Virus record (IMG/VR): IMGVR_UViG_3300025012_000026
Span: 124,001-188,000 of that record
Reading direction: 5' to 3' (one strand)
DNA: 64,000 nt
Shown here: piece after piece, positions 21,475-32,615 of the stretch
Numbering within the stretch: position 1 is the first letter of the stretch
How the letters are laid out: the number at the start of each line of letters is the position of its first letter
The notes under the pieces: generated by a model
What the model saw: the letters and a program-made list of their open reading frames with translations, nothing else
Databases searched by the model: none
Told to the model about the DNA's origin: nothing
Program-made: the position numbers and the translations under genes

Positions 21475-21801
21475 TTAGTCAAATTTAAATTCTTTTGCAT
21501 TGTTGTCAATTCCTAATTGCTCATTTAATTTCTCATATTTCTTCATATCCTTAGTAAACCAAGAGGTATCTGTTCCTATGTAGTTTTTAATCCATAAAAC
21601 ACAATTTTCTCCTACTAGAAATGTTAGACACCCGTATAAACATAATTCTTGTGAACCAAGTTTTACTTTCTTTGATAAGTGATAATTACGAGTTAATTTC
21701 TTCTGAACCATCTCATATGTAAGATATTTATTTCCTTTTACTTTGTTGGTGTAAGTGTCATATACGTGATCGTGTAGATTTAATATTTCCATTACAAGCA
21801 C
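21475..21801 (-). CDS. hypothetical protein
   Basis: 108-aa ORF with AGGAGG RBS. Confidence 0.6.
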   Translation of the reverse strand: MLVMEILNLHDHVYDTYTNKVKGNKYLTYEMVQKKLTRNYHLSKKVKLGSQELCLYGCLTFLVGENCVLWIKNYIGTDTSWFTKDMKKYEKLNEQLGIDNNAKEFKFD

Positions 21802-21813
21802 TCCTCCTTTTAA

Positions 21814-22104
21814 TTAACATGGATACCCTTCATGTAAATTATCATTTTTGTCCGTATAAAAGAATCCATTAAATACATTACTCTCACAAACAATTTCTTC
21901 CGAAGATTTATAATCAATATTATTCTTATTCGCATACCCTAACGATTCTTCTAACTCTTCAAATCCTTCACGATTAGGACAGTAATAAATATCACCTGTT
22001 CTTTCGATCCAACTTCTTGGATGAATCCAATAATGCTCTGAGTATCTAGTTTTCCCATATGTATCACTTTGTATTAATTCTGATCCACAGTATGGACATT
22101 CCAT
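21814..22104 (-). CDS. Zn-ribbon protein, paralog of 62025-62231
   Basis: MECPYC...EHYW..P.SWIE..GDI..C...FYTD....LHEGYPC. Confidence 0.75.
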   Translation of the reverse strand: MECPYCGSELIQSDTYGKTRYSEHYWIHPRSWIERTGDIYYCPNREGFEELEESLGYANKNNIDYKSSEEIVCESNVFNGFFYTDKNDNLHEGYPC

Positions 22105-22120
22105 TTAATTATCACTCTCC

Positions 22121-22456
22121 CTACCCTACTAATCTCTCATTAATTCTCTGAATATCTTCGATAATTCTCACATTTAGATACTTCTTATGAATGTTAAACT
22201 CCGATGAACAAGATGTGTATTCTAAATCTTCTTCTGCTATTAAATAACCACTTTCATCTAACATTAATCCACCAATTAAACATAATCCTTTATCGCCAAC
22301 CGTAGATCCTCTAAGGTATAATGTATCACCTAATTTTTCTTCTCCAACAATGATAATGTCACAATTTAATTCTTTTTGCATATAATCTTTCTTTGACCAT
22401 TGCTGATATGTTTTACTATCTTTCTTTAGTTTGAAAAGATTAAATTCAATATTCAT
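22121..22456 (-). CDS. hypothetical protein
   Basis: ORF overlapping the upstream stop codon. Confidence 0.6.
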   Translation of the reverse strand: MNIEFNLFKLKKDSKTYQQWSKKDYMQKELNCDIIIVGEEKLGDTLYLRGSTVGDKGLCLIGGLMLDESGYLIAEEDLEYTSCSSEFNIHKKYLNVRIIEDIQRINERLVG

Positions 22457-22791
22457 TTAATTATTCTCTCCTTTACAAATTCGGCATTGTCTGGTAATAA
22501 CACCTTAAAATCATCTGGAATTTCACCATTATGCCAAAGGTTAGTAGAAACAATTTCTCTCCCATCGAAGAATTTAATAATGCATTTATCTCCACCAAAG
22601 CCCCTGAATGAACTTTTGCTATTTTCTTCTCCAATATGATAGTGTTTTCCGTCAATTCTTACAGTTTGTTTGTCATCTTTAATTTTCACCTTATCATTCC
22701 AAAAATCAATGTAAAAACATTTATCACCGCAAATTACTTTATGACTATAACAACTTTCTTCAATTTCTTTATCACATATTACACAATTCAA
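22453..22791 (-). CDS. hypothetical Cys-motif protein
   Basis: CxxC...CxxxC N-terminus; AGGAGG RBS. Confidence 0.65.
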   Translation of the reverse strand: MNCVICDKEIEESCYSHKVICGDKCFYIDFWNDKVKIKDDKQTVRIDGKHYHIGEENSKSSFRGFGGDKCIIKFFDGREIVSTNLWHNGEIPDDFKVLLPDNAEFVKERIIK

Positions 22792-23630
22792 TATTATTTA
22801 CCTCCTTAAATTTTACTTACAGGATAAAATGGAATTTTCGAGGGAAGTTATTTTTGTCTTTTGAGTTTAAGCATTTCTACTAAAACAGTTTTTAATTCTC
22901 TTTCTTCTCCCATTATAGATGCTTTAATAAGACGTTTATGTAAATCTAAATTATTTAATAAAAATTCTTCATCTTCTTTAGACACACCATCTTTAGATAT
23001 TTCTGCAATCATTGTTTCCCTTAATAGTTCAAAATCTAATTTATCATCTTCATCTAGTGGAATATCTCCTACAATTTCTATTATACATTCATCGTATATT
23101 TTAACTAATTCGTCTTGATATTTCATTTATTTACCTCCCTTTAAACCATACAACCTATCATTCAACTCATCGCTCCACTTAATCATAAGTTCATAATCTA
23201 CTTCTTCAAAAATACTTCTTTCGTACAATGCTCTGCATAAATCTTGAACTCTTTTAAATTCATAAATGTCTTTTGGCATAACTCCTAATGGTGGTTTAGG
23301 TTTTTGAATGTGATTATATGTATCAAATCCAGTAAATTCTATACTTGTTTTTGACTCTACTTGTTGTACCATGCCATAATTATTCTTACTAACATATTTA
23401 TATCCAATAGAGTCATAACTATTGTCCCAACAATTTACTTTTACTAAACTTTCTCCAGAACTCCATTCTAATCCTTGGTCATAACAATATTTTAAAAATT
23501 CATTTGCAAGATTCTCAGTTTCACAACTTACATAAAATTCGCCATCCATAAATTTATCCCAGTGTTTTCAATAGTAAATATTTCCATATTAATTCCTTCT
23601 TTCATTTAATTTATCGTTCGTCCCATAAAT

Positions 23631-24356
23631 CTAATTTTTCGTGCTATTCAACCAATCACAATACTTTTTGCATTCTTCTTTAATTATAAATCCAATTTTT
23701 GTATTATACTCTTTTTCTTCATGTAATAGCTTAATATCTTCGTTAAATTCATTTACTATCTGACAAAGTTTAAATTCATTATAACTATAATCATCTCTAT
23801 AACTAGATTCTTTTGATGGGATATAAGTTTTTGATATATAAAATTTTCTTTCTGATTGATATCGACTATCTCTTTTATTAAATTTAATTAGAGATAACTC
23901 TGATGCCTCTGGGACAAATTTATGTATCAAATTGCTACAATCACAGTTTGTTTCTGTTGTTTTACCATTTGGAAAATTGGCAACTAATTTACGTTTACCA
24001 TTGCATAGAGAACACTTATCTTGACGGAACCCTTTGCTATCAGCGAACCATACTTCTGATTTTTCTATGTAATCTTTTAAAGTATCACCTATGTTGCTTT
24101 CATAAAATTCTTTTTCGACTTCTCTTTTAAGATTATCTGTTTTATACTTTAAATCTCTTTCTTTATTGTTTATTTCTGATTCTCTTTTACTATATTCATT
24201 ATTTTTCTGTTTGAGTTCAAGATTTTCTTTATTGAGTCTTTCAATTTCTTCACGAATATTTGGCAATAAATGCTCTCTACATTTATCTCTAAATTCCTCA
24301 ACTAATTGATCTACCTCACTTGGTTCATAATAATTTTCATATTCATCGTAATCCAT
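23631..24356 (-). CDS. hypothetical coiled-coil protein with CxxC...CxC motif
   Basis: 241-aa ORF with AGGAGAG RBS. Confidence 0.7.
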   Translation of the reverse strand: MDYDEYENYYEPSEVDQLVEEFRDKCREHLLPNIREEIERLNKENLELKQKNNEYSKRESEINNKERDLKYKTDNLKREVEKEFYESNIGDTLKDYIEKSEVWFADSKGFRQDKCSLCNGKRKLVANFPNGKTTETNCDCSNLIHKFVPEASELSLIKFNKRDSRYQSERKFYISKTYIPSKESSYRDDYSYNEFKLCQIVNEFNEDIKLLHEEKEYNTKIGFIIKEECKKYCDWLNSTKN

Positions 24357-24837
24357 TTATTAAATCTCTCCTTCTTATTTTAAATTCCGTTCAAATCGAC
24401 TTTCTATTCTAAAACAAATTCATTATAATTTTTATGCCACAAAGTACATAATTCTTCACAATTATTTTTATTACAATCTTTACAAGTCATTGAACTTACT
24501 TCATCGCACTTTAACATATCGTTCATAGACGCTTGTGCAATTTCTACGGTTAATTTATACTCTTTTGCCAATTCTTTAACAATTGGATCGTTTATTGAAT
24601 AACCTTTCATAACGTACATCCTCCTTCCTAAAGTCTATGAAAGAAATCTTTGTTTGGATTATTATTATTTTTACACTAACGAACTATGCAAAATTAATCA
24701 TGAGGCATGGGTCTCTCACCCACACGGATAACTGTTGTAGCCTGAAAAAGTTCCAAAAAATCATCTACAACCGCATTTACACTGTTAAAATTCCAGTTAT
24801 GCTTTTTTAATTATCTTTTCATTACTCACCAATCTTT

Positions 24838-24910
24838 TCACAATTAATGGATTTGAACCATCGATCTTCCCTGACTATGGGGATGCATTTTCCGACTATG
24901 CTATACTGTG
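24838..24910 (-). tRNA. tRNA-like element / pseudo-tRNA with aberrant anticodon loop (nominal AGT, Thr)
   Basis: cloverleaf: acceptor CACAGTA/AATTGTG; D-arm GCAT-AGTCGGAAA-ATGC; anticodon arm TCCCC-ATAGTCA-GGGAA; T-arm GATGG-TTCAAAT-CCATT; no encoded CCA. Confidence 0.65.
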
Positions 24911-24956
24911 AATTTATTTATTGTAACGACATCTTGCTCTGCCACCCATTACAATC

Positions 24957-24985
24957 ATTATACACTGCTTGATTGTTAATGTCAA
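24957..24985 (-). promoter_or_regulatory. consensus sigma-A promoter driving the tRNA-like RNA
   Basis: TTGACA-ttaacaatcaagcagtg-TATAAT (17-bp spacer). Confidence 0.8.
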
Positions 24986-24996
24986 CAATTATTATT

Positions 24997-25884
24997 TTAT
25001 AATTGTGAAGTATTAAGAGATAATAAATATTTTTGGATATCTTGTTCTAAATCTTTCCTTTTGTTCCCTTGTGCAAGTATATGTATTAATTTATATTGTT
25101 TGTCCATACTCCATAATTCATGATGATACGTTTTTCCATCTTCATTTTTCTTTCTTAGGATTCTATATAGAGGATTTTCTTCTATGTATAATTTATAATC
25201 TTCTTTTAACCATTTATTAAACTTATCTAACCGTTCCTGAGAAAATACTGGGTTATCATGAGTATACCATTCTTCTATAGTAGAAGAATGTTTAGAACTA
25301 TTACAACTATTACAAGATGGTATACAATTGTCTAACCCATTAGATCCTTTATCATCTGCATGTTCTCTATGTAAATCATGAGGTCTCACTATCCCACGAT
25401 ATTTTTTAAAATGTTTTTCAATTGAAAGTCCACAGAAAGCACAACAATTGTTGAAATAGTTCTTGCACAACCTCCATTCTTTTTCACTAATATAATGCAT
25501 CTTTTCTTTTCGTTTCTCGGTATATATCTTTGATTTTTCTTTTCCCACTTCGCTTTTCAACCATTCTGCATGTTTACCTTTTAATCTTCTTATTTTAGAA
25601 TGTTTTTTAGTACATTCTTTATCTTTTTTGTTTGTGTGATATGTGTTTTTTCTTTTTACTCTTCGTACTTCCTTGTCTGTATTAAAATATCTTTTCTGTA
25701 CATCTTTAATATTACATAATTTACATCTGGAACTTAAATTATCACTACTTTGATTCCATTCATAGAAATTATCTAAATTCATGGGAAACCACTGTTCGCA
25801 TTTAGTACATTGTTTATATTCAATTTCATCAATCATTTTATGACGCTTATTATAATTAAATTGATTTCTTTCTTCTCTTGTCAA
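24997..25884 (-). CDS. HNH endonuclease with N-terminal Zn-finger
   Basis: CxxC...CxxC; CAFCG...HREH...N...NCIPSCNSCNSSK. Confidence 0.85.
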   Translation of the reverse strand: MTREERNQFNYNKRHKMIDEIEYKQCTKCEQWFPMNLDNFYEWNQSSDNLSSRCKLCNIKDVQKRYFNTDKEVRRVKRKNTYHTNKKDKECTKKHSKIRRLKGKHAEWLKSEVGKEKSKIYTEKRKEKMHYISEKEWRLCKNYFNNCCAFCGLSIEKHFKKYRGIVRPHDLHREHADDKGSNGLDNCIPSCNSCNSSKHSSTIEEWYTHDNPVFSQERLDKFNKWLKEDYKLYIEENPLYRILRKKNEDGKTYHHELWSMDKQYKLIHILAQGNKRKDLEQDIQKYLLSLNTSQL

Positions 25885-25923
25885 TTATAAATACTCCTTT
25901 TAATTTCCTATCATATTTGGATT

Positions 25924-26241
25924 CTAAGCTATTTTAATTGCATCATAATATCTATATATTATTCTTTCAAATATTGCTCTATTATGATCTATACAATCCC
26001 CTCCGAAGCATTCAATGAATTCTGAGCGTAAAAGAGTAATGATCTCATCTCTAGTGTAGTATTTTGAGTTGATGTAATATTCTTGTGTATCTTTTGCAAT
26101 TCTGCTCAATTCATGAGTGTATACCTCTTTGTAGGGGATGTCACATTCATCTTTTTCATTGCCAAAAATAGATATGATATGACTTTCTATTACATCCAAT
26201 AATACTAGTTTGCTCTTCATATTTAATATCATTCCTTTCAA
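25924..26241 (-). CDS. hypothetical protein, paralog of 26943-27200
   Basis: shared YYI.SK..T..EI.TLLR.EFI..F..DCI.H...IFERII..YY. Confidence 0.7.
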   Translation of the reverse strand: MKGMILNMKSKLVLLDVIESHIISIFGNEKDECDIPYKEVYTHELSRIAKDTQEYYINSKYYTRDEIITLLRSEFIECFGGDCIDHNRAIFERIIYRYYDAIKIA

Positions 26242-26942
26242 TATTGTGATTTATGGTATGTTAATTACCGAAATCAAACTTATTGCATATTACACAATAT
26301 ATATCGCTGAATGGTGGTGAAGTATAATCTATAGCACTTTTTCCATCTTCCCATTGATGGGTACATTGACTTTGAATATCTTTAAGTTGCTGTTTAAAAT
26401 CAGATTCTAACTTTTCTCGTTGTTGTCTTCGCCATGATTCTAAATCTATGCGTTTTCTTTGTAATGGATGAAAATTTAAACTAGATAAAATAGACACTTA
26501 CTCTACCTCTTTCGTTTTAATAATATCATCAAATTTGCGTATCAGTTTTTCATGCATTTTAGGATGCCTCATAGTTAATGTCTCTAAGTACCCTAAACCA
26601 TTCCTTATAAATATCATTTCATCTTTAGTTAATTCTAGTTTTAATAGTTTTGACATTTGTAACTGCTCCCTCCAAATAGCATTTTTATTGTGGATTCAAA
26701 TAATATTCCTTACCTAAAATACTCAAAGATTTCCTTCTTTGATATTCATCCCAACATTCTACACAACAGACAGGAACGCCTCTGTAATTAAAATCGTATT
26801 TAAAATTGATTCCACAGATACAACAAAACATTGGTTGTTTGGTGAATAATGCCATACTTTATCTCCTTCCTATCCTATAAAACAGTGGTTTGCTAGGATC
26901 TTATAATTGATTCAGCCAATCCACACTAATCTTATCACTTGC

Positions 26943-27200
26943 TTACAACATCCTATTGTAATATTCATTTATAATTCTCTCAAAAATTAAACAATCATGA
27001 TTAATGCAATCTTCATTAAAAGCCAATATAAACTCTGCACGTAATAAAGTAGCAATTTCTTCGTTGGTAAATAGTTTACTATCAATATAATATTGAATTA
27101 TTTCTGTAATTTCTTTTATTTCATGCACTCCATAATCTTCTTCGATATATTCATCATCCCAGATGTATTTTAAATTATTATTAATAGTCGATAACAACAA
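26943..27200 (-). CDS. hypothetical protein, paralog of 25924-26241
   Basis: same shared motif as 25924-26241. Confidence 0.7.
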   Translation of the reverse strand: MLLSTINNNLKYIWDDEYIEEDYGVHEIKEITEIIQYYIDSKLFTNEEIATLLRAEFILAFNEDCINHDCLIFERIINEYYNRML

Positions 27201-27735
27201 TGACTTTCATCCCTTTCTTAATTGGACATAAAATATGAGTTCTAGTGTATTATGTAAACATCCAAACCTTTGCATCGCAACTATTACAAGTTATCCAAAT
27301 TTGATCATGTTCACCAAGAATATCAAAACTTCCTAAATTATCTTCTGAGACATACCAACCATCACTTTCGCTATATGAACGCTCTTCTTTGTCTATTGGC
27401 CTAATTAGATTTACTTCATTTCCGCATGTGCTACAAATTATTTTAAACATTATTTAATCCTCCTCTTTGCTAGGATATTATCCATACTTTATTTGTTGTC
27501 TCAACTACAATAATATCTAGATCAAGCCAATGTTCCACATCAATGATATTTTCATGACTGAAAAATGACCCACCTTCATATACGATTAGTAATGGATTAT
27601 CTAATGTTAATTCGGTTTTTGCCATATCTAATTTCTTATGTAGGTATTGAGGACAGACATCATTTCCAGTGGGTTTGTTTTTAATTGAAGTTATTTCCAT
27701 ATATTTATCCTTTCAAATGGTTTGAAATTCTTTTT

Positions 27736-28218
27736 TTATTGCCAAAATTTATACCACTTTTTCGTTTCAGTTTTAGTATTTAAGCTTTTATTACAATTCC
27801 TTAATTCTTCTATTTGAATCCTCAACTCTACTCTTTCAAGTTCTCGTTGTAGTTCTTCAATTTGATCGTCTATATCTTTTTTGATTTTATTTTTTTCTTC
27901 TATATTATCATCTAATTTTAAAACTTTATCGGTATAATAGATAATATTTCCATCATCAGTACCCTCTACTGATTCAACTATATTACCATTAAATTTCTCC
28001 CCAATATTTAATCTGTAATCTAGATCCTTTAATTCAAAATATGTTTCATATGTGATTTCTTCATTTGAAATAATATCTCCCCATCTTAACATTTCAATCT
28101 TATGTTTAATTTGACGAACTTCATAAGAATCAAAATTAATACGACTAAAATACCAATAATTAACTACGCAAAATTTATAATTTAATTTTATATTTTTACC
28201 TTTAACAATTATTTTCAT
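27736..28218 (-). CDS. hypothetical protein with C-terminal coiled coil and KKWYKFW tail
   Basis: 160-aa ORF; basic/aromatic C-terminal membrane-targeting-like motif. Confidence 0.65.
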   Translation of the reverse strand: MKIIVKGKNIKLNYKFCVVNYWYFSRINFDSYEVRQIKHKIEMLRWGDIISNEEITYETYFELKDLDYRLNIGEKFNGNIVESVEGTDDGNIIYYTDKVLKLDDNIEEKNKIKKDIDDQIEELQRELERVELRIQIEELRNCNKSLNTKTETKKWYKFWQ

Positions 28219-28575
28219 AATAACATCCTTTCAAATCAGTTTTTCGAGGGACTATTTAATTAAACCCCTCTTTCATTTGTTCTTATTTCATTTCAAGAGT
28301 TAGAGACATGCCGTTCTTTTTTACCCATTGAAATTTTCCATCTTTATTCACCATAACATTTTGATCTCCAAATGAGATTGTAAACTTTCTTTCTTCCATA
28401 AATGAATTTATTTCATCTTCGCTAATTCCTTGAGAAAGCATTTTTTCTTTTATTGCATTATATATTTTATACATACCATCAATCCCTTCATTTATTATTC
28501 AGTATCTTCTAAATCTAATGTCTACCTTGCAAATTTATGAAAACAATCTGATAAATATTGAATCTTTCCATAAAT

Positions 28576-28953
28576 TTAGTTGTTGCTAGGATTGCTTTTT
28601 ACATTTGATTTAACCTTAATTGTAAATATACTCAATATTGCGGTTAATACTACATATGTCCAGAATCCATTAATATAAAATCCTAACAAATAATTATCAA
28701 GCAACCACAGTTTCACTGGAGTTAATACAATTGCCACAAAAAATAGAATTATAGTAGTTAAACACCCTATCCCTAAAGGGATTGTTAAAACAGAGGCAAT
28801 CATAAGTAAACTAAACAAATATCCTATAGCGACCATAAGCAAAGTTGCAATAATCATAGTTTTTGTATCAGAGATAGATATATATTCTTTAAAATACTCG
28901 TTACCAACCCAGAACACTAAAAATGTTAATATTGCGTTTAATATATTTCTCAT
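28576..28953 (-). CDS. 4-TM membrane protein, phage holin superfamily IV / YvlD-like
   Basis: four TM segments; LTIPLGIGCLT...GFYINGFW pattern. Confidence 0.65.
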   Translation of the reverse strand: MRNILNAILTFLVFWVGNEYFKEYISISDTKTMIIATLLMVAIGYLFSLLMIASVLTIPLGIGCLTTIILFFVAIVLTPVKLWLLDNYLLGFYINGFWTYVVLTAILSIFTIKVKSNVKSNPSNN

Positions 28954-29311
28954 AACGCTCTCTCTCCTTTTATTTTTATAATCAATTCAATGGTTAATTT
29001 TAAGCCCAATTTATTTTTCTTTATATCGATTACAATCTTTAATAATCTGAATATTAATTTGTTTAATATGTTTGCAATAATTTTTTGGTTGTAATATGAA
29101 TTGTTCAATATGTGATAATACAAAATAATGTCCTTTTTTATACCATTTTCCTAATCCAATGATCTTCAATGGATAATAAGGTAAATAAGTTATAAAATAG
29201 AATATCTGAGCAGGAATAACTACTAAAATTATAAACCACCAAGGGAAAGGATTAAAGAACATATTTTACACCTCCCTCCTTATTATCCTATGAAAGATTC
29301 GTTTCTTGGGG

Positions 29312-29764
29312 TTATCTCAACATCTTAAATCCACCCTTAACCAACCAATCTCTAACTTCTTTGACTTCTTCAATTGGTGTATTTTCTGGAACTAAAATAC
29401 TATTAATGTGTGCATAGGTCGAAGAATCTCCACCTCCCATATATTCATCTGAGATAATTATATAAAGCCAAATCTTATCATTGAAGATTATAAAATATTC
29501 TTTTGTACTATCAGGTAAAGGCATATCAAAATCATAAGCACTTTCCTCTAAGTCTACTTCTTTATTAAGATAGTAAATGAAATCTTCAACTTCTTCTGGT
29601 TCACTTCTATATGGATCTAAATCACTAAATTCCTTTCTAATTACTTTAAAATAATCTGGCTCTTTTCTACCTGTATTAGATATAGAAATCATTTTTCCTT
29701 CTTTGTCTAGTTCTTTATGTTTATACCACACTGCACCTTTACCATTATATTTAGTTACTTTCAT
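29312..29764 (-). CDS. hypothetical protein
   Basis: 150-aa ORF with RBS. Confidence 0.6.
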   Translation of the reverse strand: MKVTKYNGKGAVWYKHKELDKEGKMISISNTGRKEPDYFKVIRKEFSDLDPYRSEPEEVEDFIYYLNKEVDLEESAYDFDMPLPDSTKEYFIIFNDKIWLYIIISDEYMGGGDSSTYAHINSILVPENTPIEEVKEVRDWLVKGGFKMLR

Positions 29765-29978
29765 TATTACCTTCCCTTCATTTTCCTAATAATTTATTTC
29801 TTTTCTCTTGTAGCTCCAATATTTCATTAGAATATTCTTGTCCTAATACAATAAGTCCATTGCCATTCCAACATTTATCATCCATTAATATTTTTGCTTC
29901 AAACTCTTCTAATTCTAATAAATATTTTCAAGTTCTTCGATTCTTTTATGTAATGAATTCATATTAATTTTCTCCTTT

Positions 29979-30623
29979 CTATTCGAATAACCCCTGAACT
30001 TTCGAATTAATTTCTTTTTCTTCCCTAATTGTAAATATACTTATACTTGGATTTACTTTTAAAACATTTGCTAAAGTCGATGAATAGTATACTCTAAGAA
30101 TTTCGCCATACATAATCATTTTTGATTTATTGGCAAGTTCGTTTACTAAATCCAAAGATTTTTTATTGTCTGAACCGATATTATCACCATCTGTTAAATG
30201 TAGAATATAGATATCTAAATCTTTATTATCAATAATATCAATAATTTCTAATGCTTTTTGATAAGCAGGAGAACACCTAGTTCCACCAGTTTCTTGTCCA
30301 TCACTAAAATCTGCTAATTTATTAACTACAAAAGCCTCAGTATTATGTAAAATATAACAAACATCTAAATTTTTATAACTTACTGATAAAATATCAAATA
30401 TCTGATTATAAATTTCAGAAGATATTTTTCTTTCCCATGTTCCCATAGACCCTGAACAATCTCTAATTGCGATTAGTAAAGATGGTTTATCGTTTGTCAG
30501 ACTAAATTTATTAATAGTTTCTATGGCTTGTTCAATTTCTTTAATTTCCTCATTAATTATTTGAATTTCATTTCTTTTAGTTCTTAGCACATTAGTTAAA
30601 TTAATAATTTGTTTATTTATCAT
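29979..30623 (-). CDS. DUF444 (YhbH/YeaH)-type vWA domain protein
   Basis: MIDAS DCSGSMG; HNTEA, ETGGT..S.AY..AL, HLTDGDN..SDN and YGE motifs. Confidence 0.75.
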   Translation of the reverse strand: MINKQIINLTNVLRTKRNEIQIINEEIKEIEQAIETINKFSLTNDKPSLLIAIRDCSGSMGTWERKISSEIYNQIFDILSVSYKNLDVCYILHNTEAFVVNKLADFSDGQETGGTRCSPAYQKALEIIDIIDNKDLDIYILHLTDGDNIGSDNKKSLDLVNELANKSKMIMYGEILRVYYSSTLANVLKVNPSISIFTIREEKEINSKVQGLFE

Positions 30624-30855
30624 ATTATTTCTTCCTTCCTAAATAAAATATTATTTCATCCTTGTCTTTCTTCACATTTATCTTCAAATGCACAACCATT
30701 ACATAACCACACTTTACAGTTTTCACAAAAACAAGATTCTGAAGTTAATGTATTGCCACAAATATCACATTGAAAATCATTTGGATCGCTCATTTTGATT
30801 CTCCTTTCATAAGATAAGTTGTATCATTGAAGGGGTTGTTACACCCCTTATTCTA

Positions 30856-31260
30856 TTACAAATTTTTCATAATCTCATCAATCTCAAGTTCAACTTTCTT
30901 CTCATTAGAAAGTAATTGATGTAATTTAGATTCCATAACTTTCAACTTATTTTCTTCTTCTTTACGACTTACAAAATCTAATTTTGACTTAATATCAGTA
31001 ATCCATTCCATAACATGATACCCTGAAATAACAAAATCAATTTCTAATTCTTTTGCAGATTTAGCATATGAATTTAGTTTTACTAATAGATAAGTTAATT
31101 GCTCTTTATTAAGGACTTGAATATTAACTCTTATGCTGTCTAGTTCAATTGAACAATTAGTAATTGGATTAAATTTCTGAGACTTTCCTAATTTGATTTT
31201 CTTACCCTCAATTTGTTTTTTGAGTTCCATAATTTTAAGATCATTTGTTTCAGTTTTCAT
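30856..31260 (-). CDS. hypothetical phage protein
   Basis: 134-aa ORF coupled to the upstream gene. Confidence 0.7.
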   Translation of the reverse strand: MKTETNDLKIMELKKQIEGKKIKLGKSQKFNPITNCSIELDSIRVNIQVLNKEQLTYLLVKLNSYAKSAKELEIDFVISGYHVMEWITDIKSKLDFVSRKEEENKLKVMESKLHQLLSNEKKVELEIDEIMKNL

Positions 31261-31261
31261 T

Positions 31262-32383
31262 TTATTTCACCATCCTATAAATTTTTCCATTTTCTAAATA
31301 CTCATTTTTATAAACAGGATTATATTTTTTAAATACATCTTCAATAGTACCTATATTATTATGAACATAAGAATTTGTTGATCTTACATAATCTCCTCTT
31401 AAATAATATAAGTTATATTCTTTATCAAATCTAATTTCTGCAATTACTTCTTCAAAATCTTTTTGTGATTTAATATTAAGAGTACGCCAGTTCTCGTCTA
31501 AATCAAGACTATTAACATATTCGATAAATTCCTCAAAAGTGTATTGAATATATTCATCTTTGCTTTTATCATATGGAGAATATTCAGTTTTACATTCAAG
31601 TTTCTCAAATAACTCTGCGTAATTTTCTACACAATTAGTTGAAATAGTATCTATAAACCTTTCTCCTAGTGATTTGATAGTTAAGATGCTTAAATATGAT
31701 TCATCTCGATAATCTTTGGTTTCCCTAGCAAAGAAATGATGTTTACCTTTATTAACATCTTTCTTTACACTTTTATAACTCACACCTCCCCAATTAGTTC
31801 TTCCTTCGGGAATACTATCATATTCAGTGGTATGATAATCGAATCTGCCCATATAAACCCATTCTTCATTTGATTTAGTTTTATATGTAGCACCTAAGAT
31901 TAATTCTTTTGCCTTAACATAACTATTTTTAAGAATCATTTCACTATATTCAGTAATCTCTTTATAGTCAGGTGAATCTACTGGCATTAACAATAAATCC
32001 TTGCCATCCCAACCATAGACAAATTCACCTTCCAAACCCTTACCTTTGATAGAACTAGCATTTTCAAGAATATAGAGTAAGTTCTCTATTGTGACTTCGA
32101 ACTCAAAATTACGAGGATCGTATACCCTTACATACGCCTGTCTATGACTCCAATGGCTTGAATAGTCGCCTACTTTCTTATTTAATACAAATCCACTAGT
32201 TGGTTCATTGGTGAATTCTTGTGGTTCAATTTTATTATCCCTCCAACTATTCCAAGATGCTTCTTTTCTTAATTTACCTTTTTGATCAATGTAAATAACA
32301 TAAGCTAGTTGACCTGTATATGTATCAGAACGTGTTTGATAACCTACTTTAATTGTTTTAGGCAAAAATATTGTAGTATTCAA
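31262..32383 (-). CDS. hypothetical phage protein
   Basis: 373-aa ORF; function not recognised. Confidence 0.75.
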   Translation of the reverse strand: MNTTIFLPKTIKVGYQTRSDTYTGQLAYVIYIDQKGKLRKEASWNSWRDNKIEPQEFTNEPTSGFVLNKKVGDYSSHWSHRQAYVRVYDPRNFEFEVTIENLLYILENASSIKGKGLEGEFVYGWDGKDLLLMPVDSPDYKEITEYSEMILKNSYVKAKELILGATYKTKSNEEWVYMGRFDYHTTEYDSIPEGRTNWGGVSYKSVKKDVNKGKHHFFARETKDYRDESYLSILTIKSLGERFIDTISTNCVENYAELFEKLECKTEYSPYDKSKDEYIQYTFEEFIEYVNSLDLDENWRTLNIKSQKDFEEVIAEIRFDKEYNLYYLRGDYVRSTNSYVHNNIGTIEDVFKKYNPVYKNEYLENGKIYRMVK

Positions 32384-32615
32384 TTTTAGTTTGTCACTCC
32401 TTTATTTCATTATTATTTTCATCAACCAATTTTAAGAAACCACATTCACAACTAATTGTTACAATTTCATCTTTTACACTTACTTGTAATTTTGTGTCTT
32501 TCCAACTGCTTCCGCAATTCGGACATTTCTTATATTTTCTAGTGATATTGACAAATTTAAATGCATCCATTAAATATATCACCTCCCTTCATTCAATTAA
32601 ATATGCAATTTCAAA

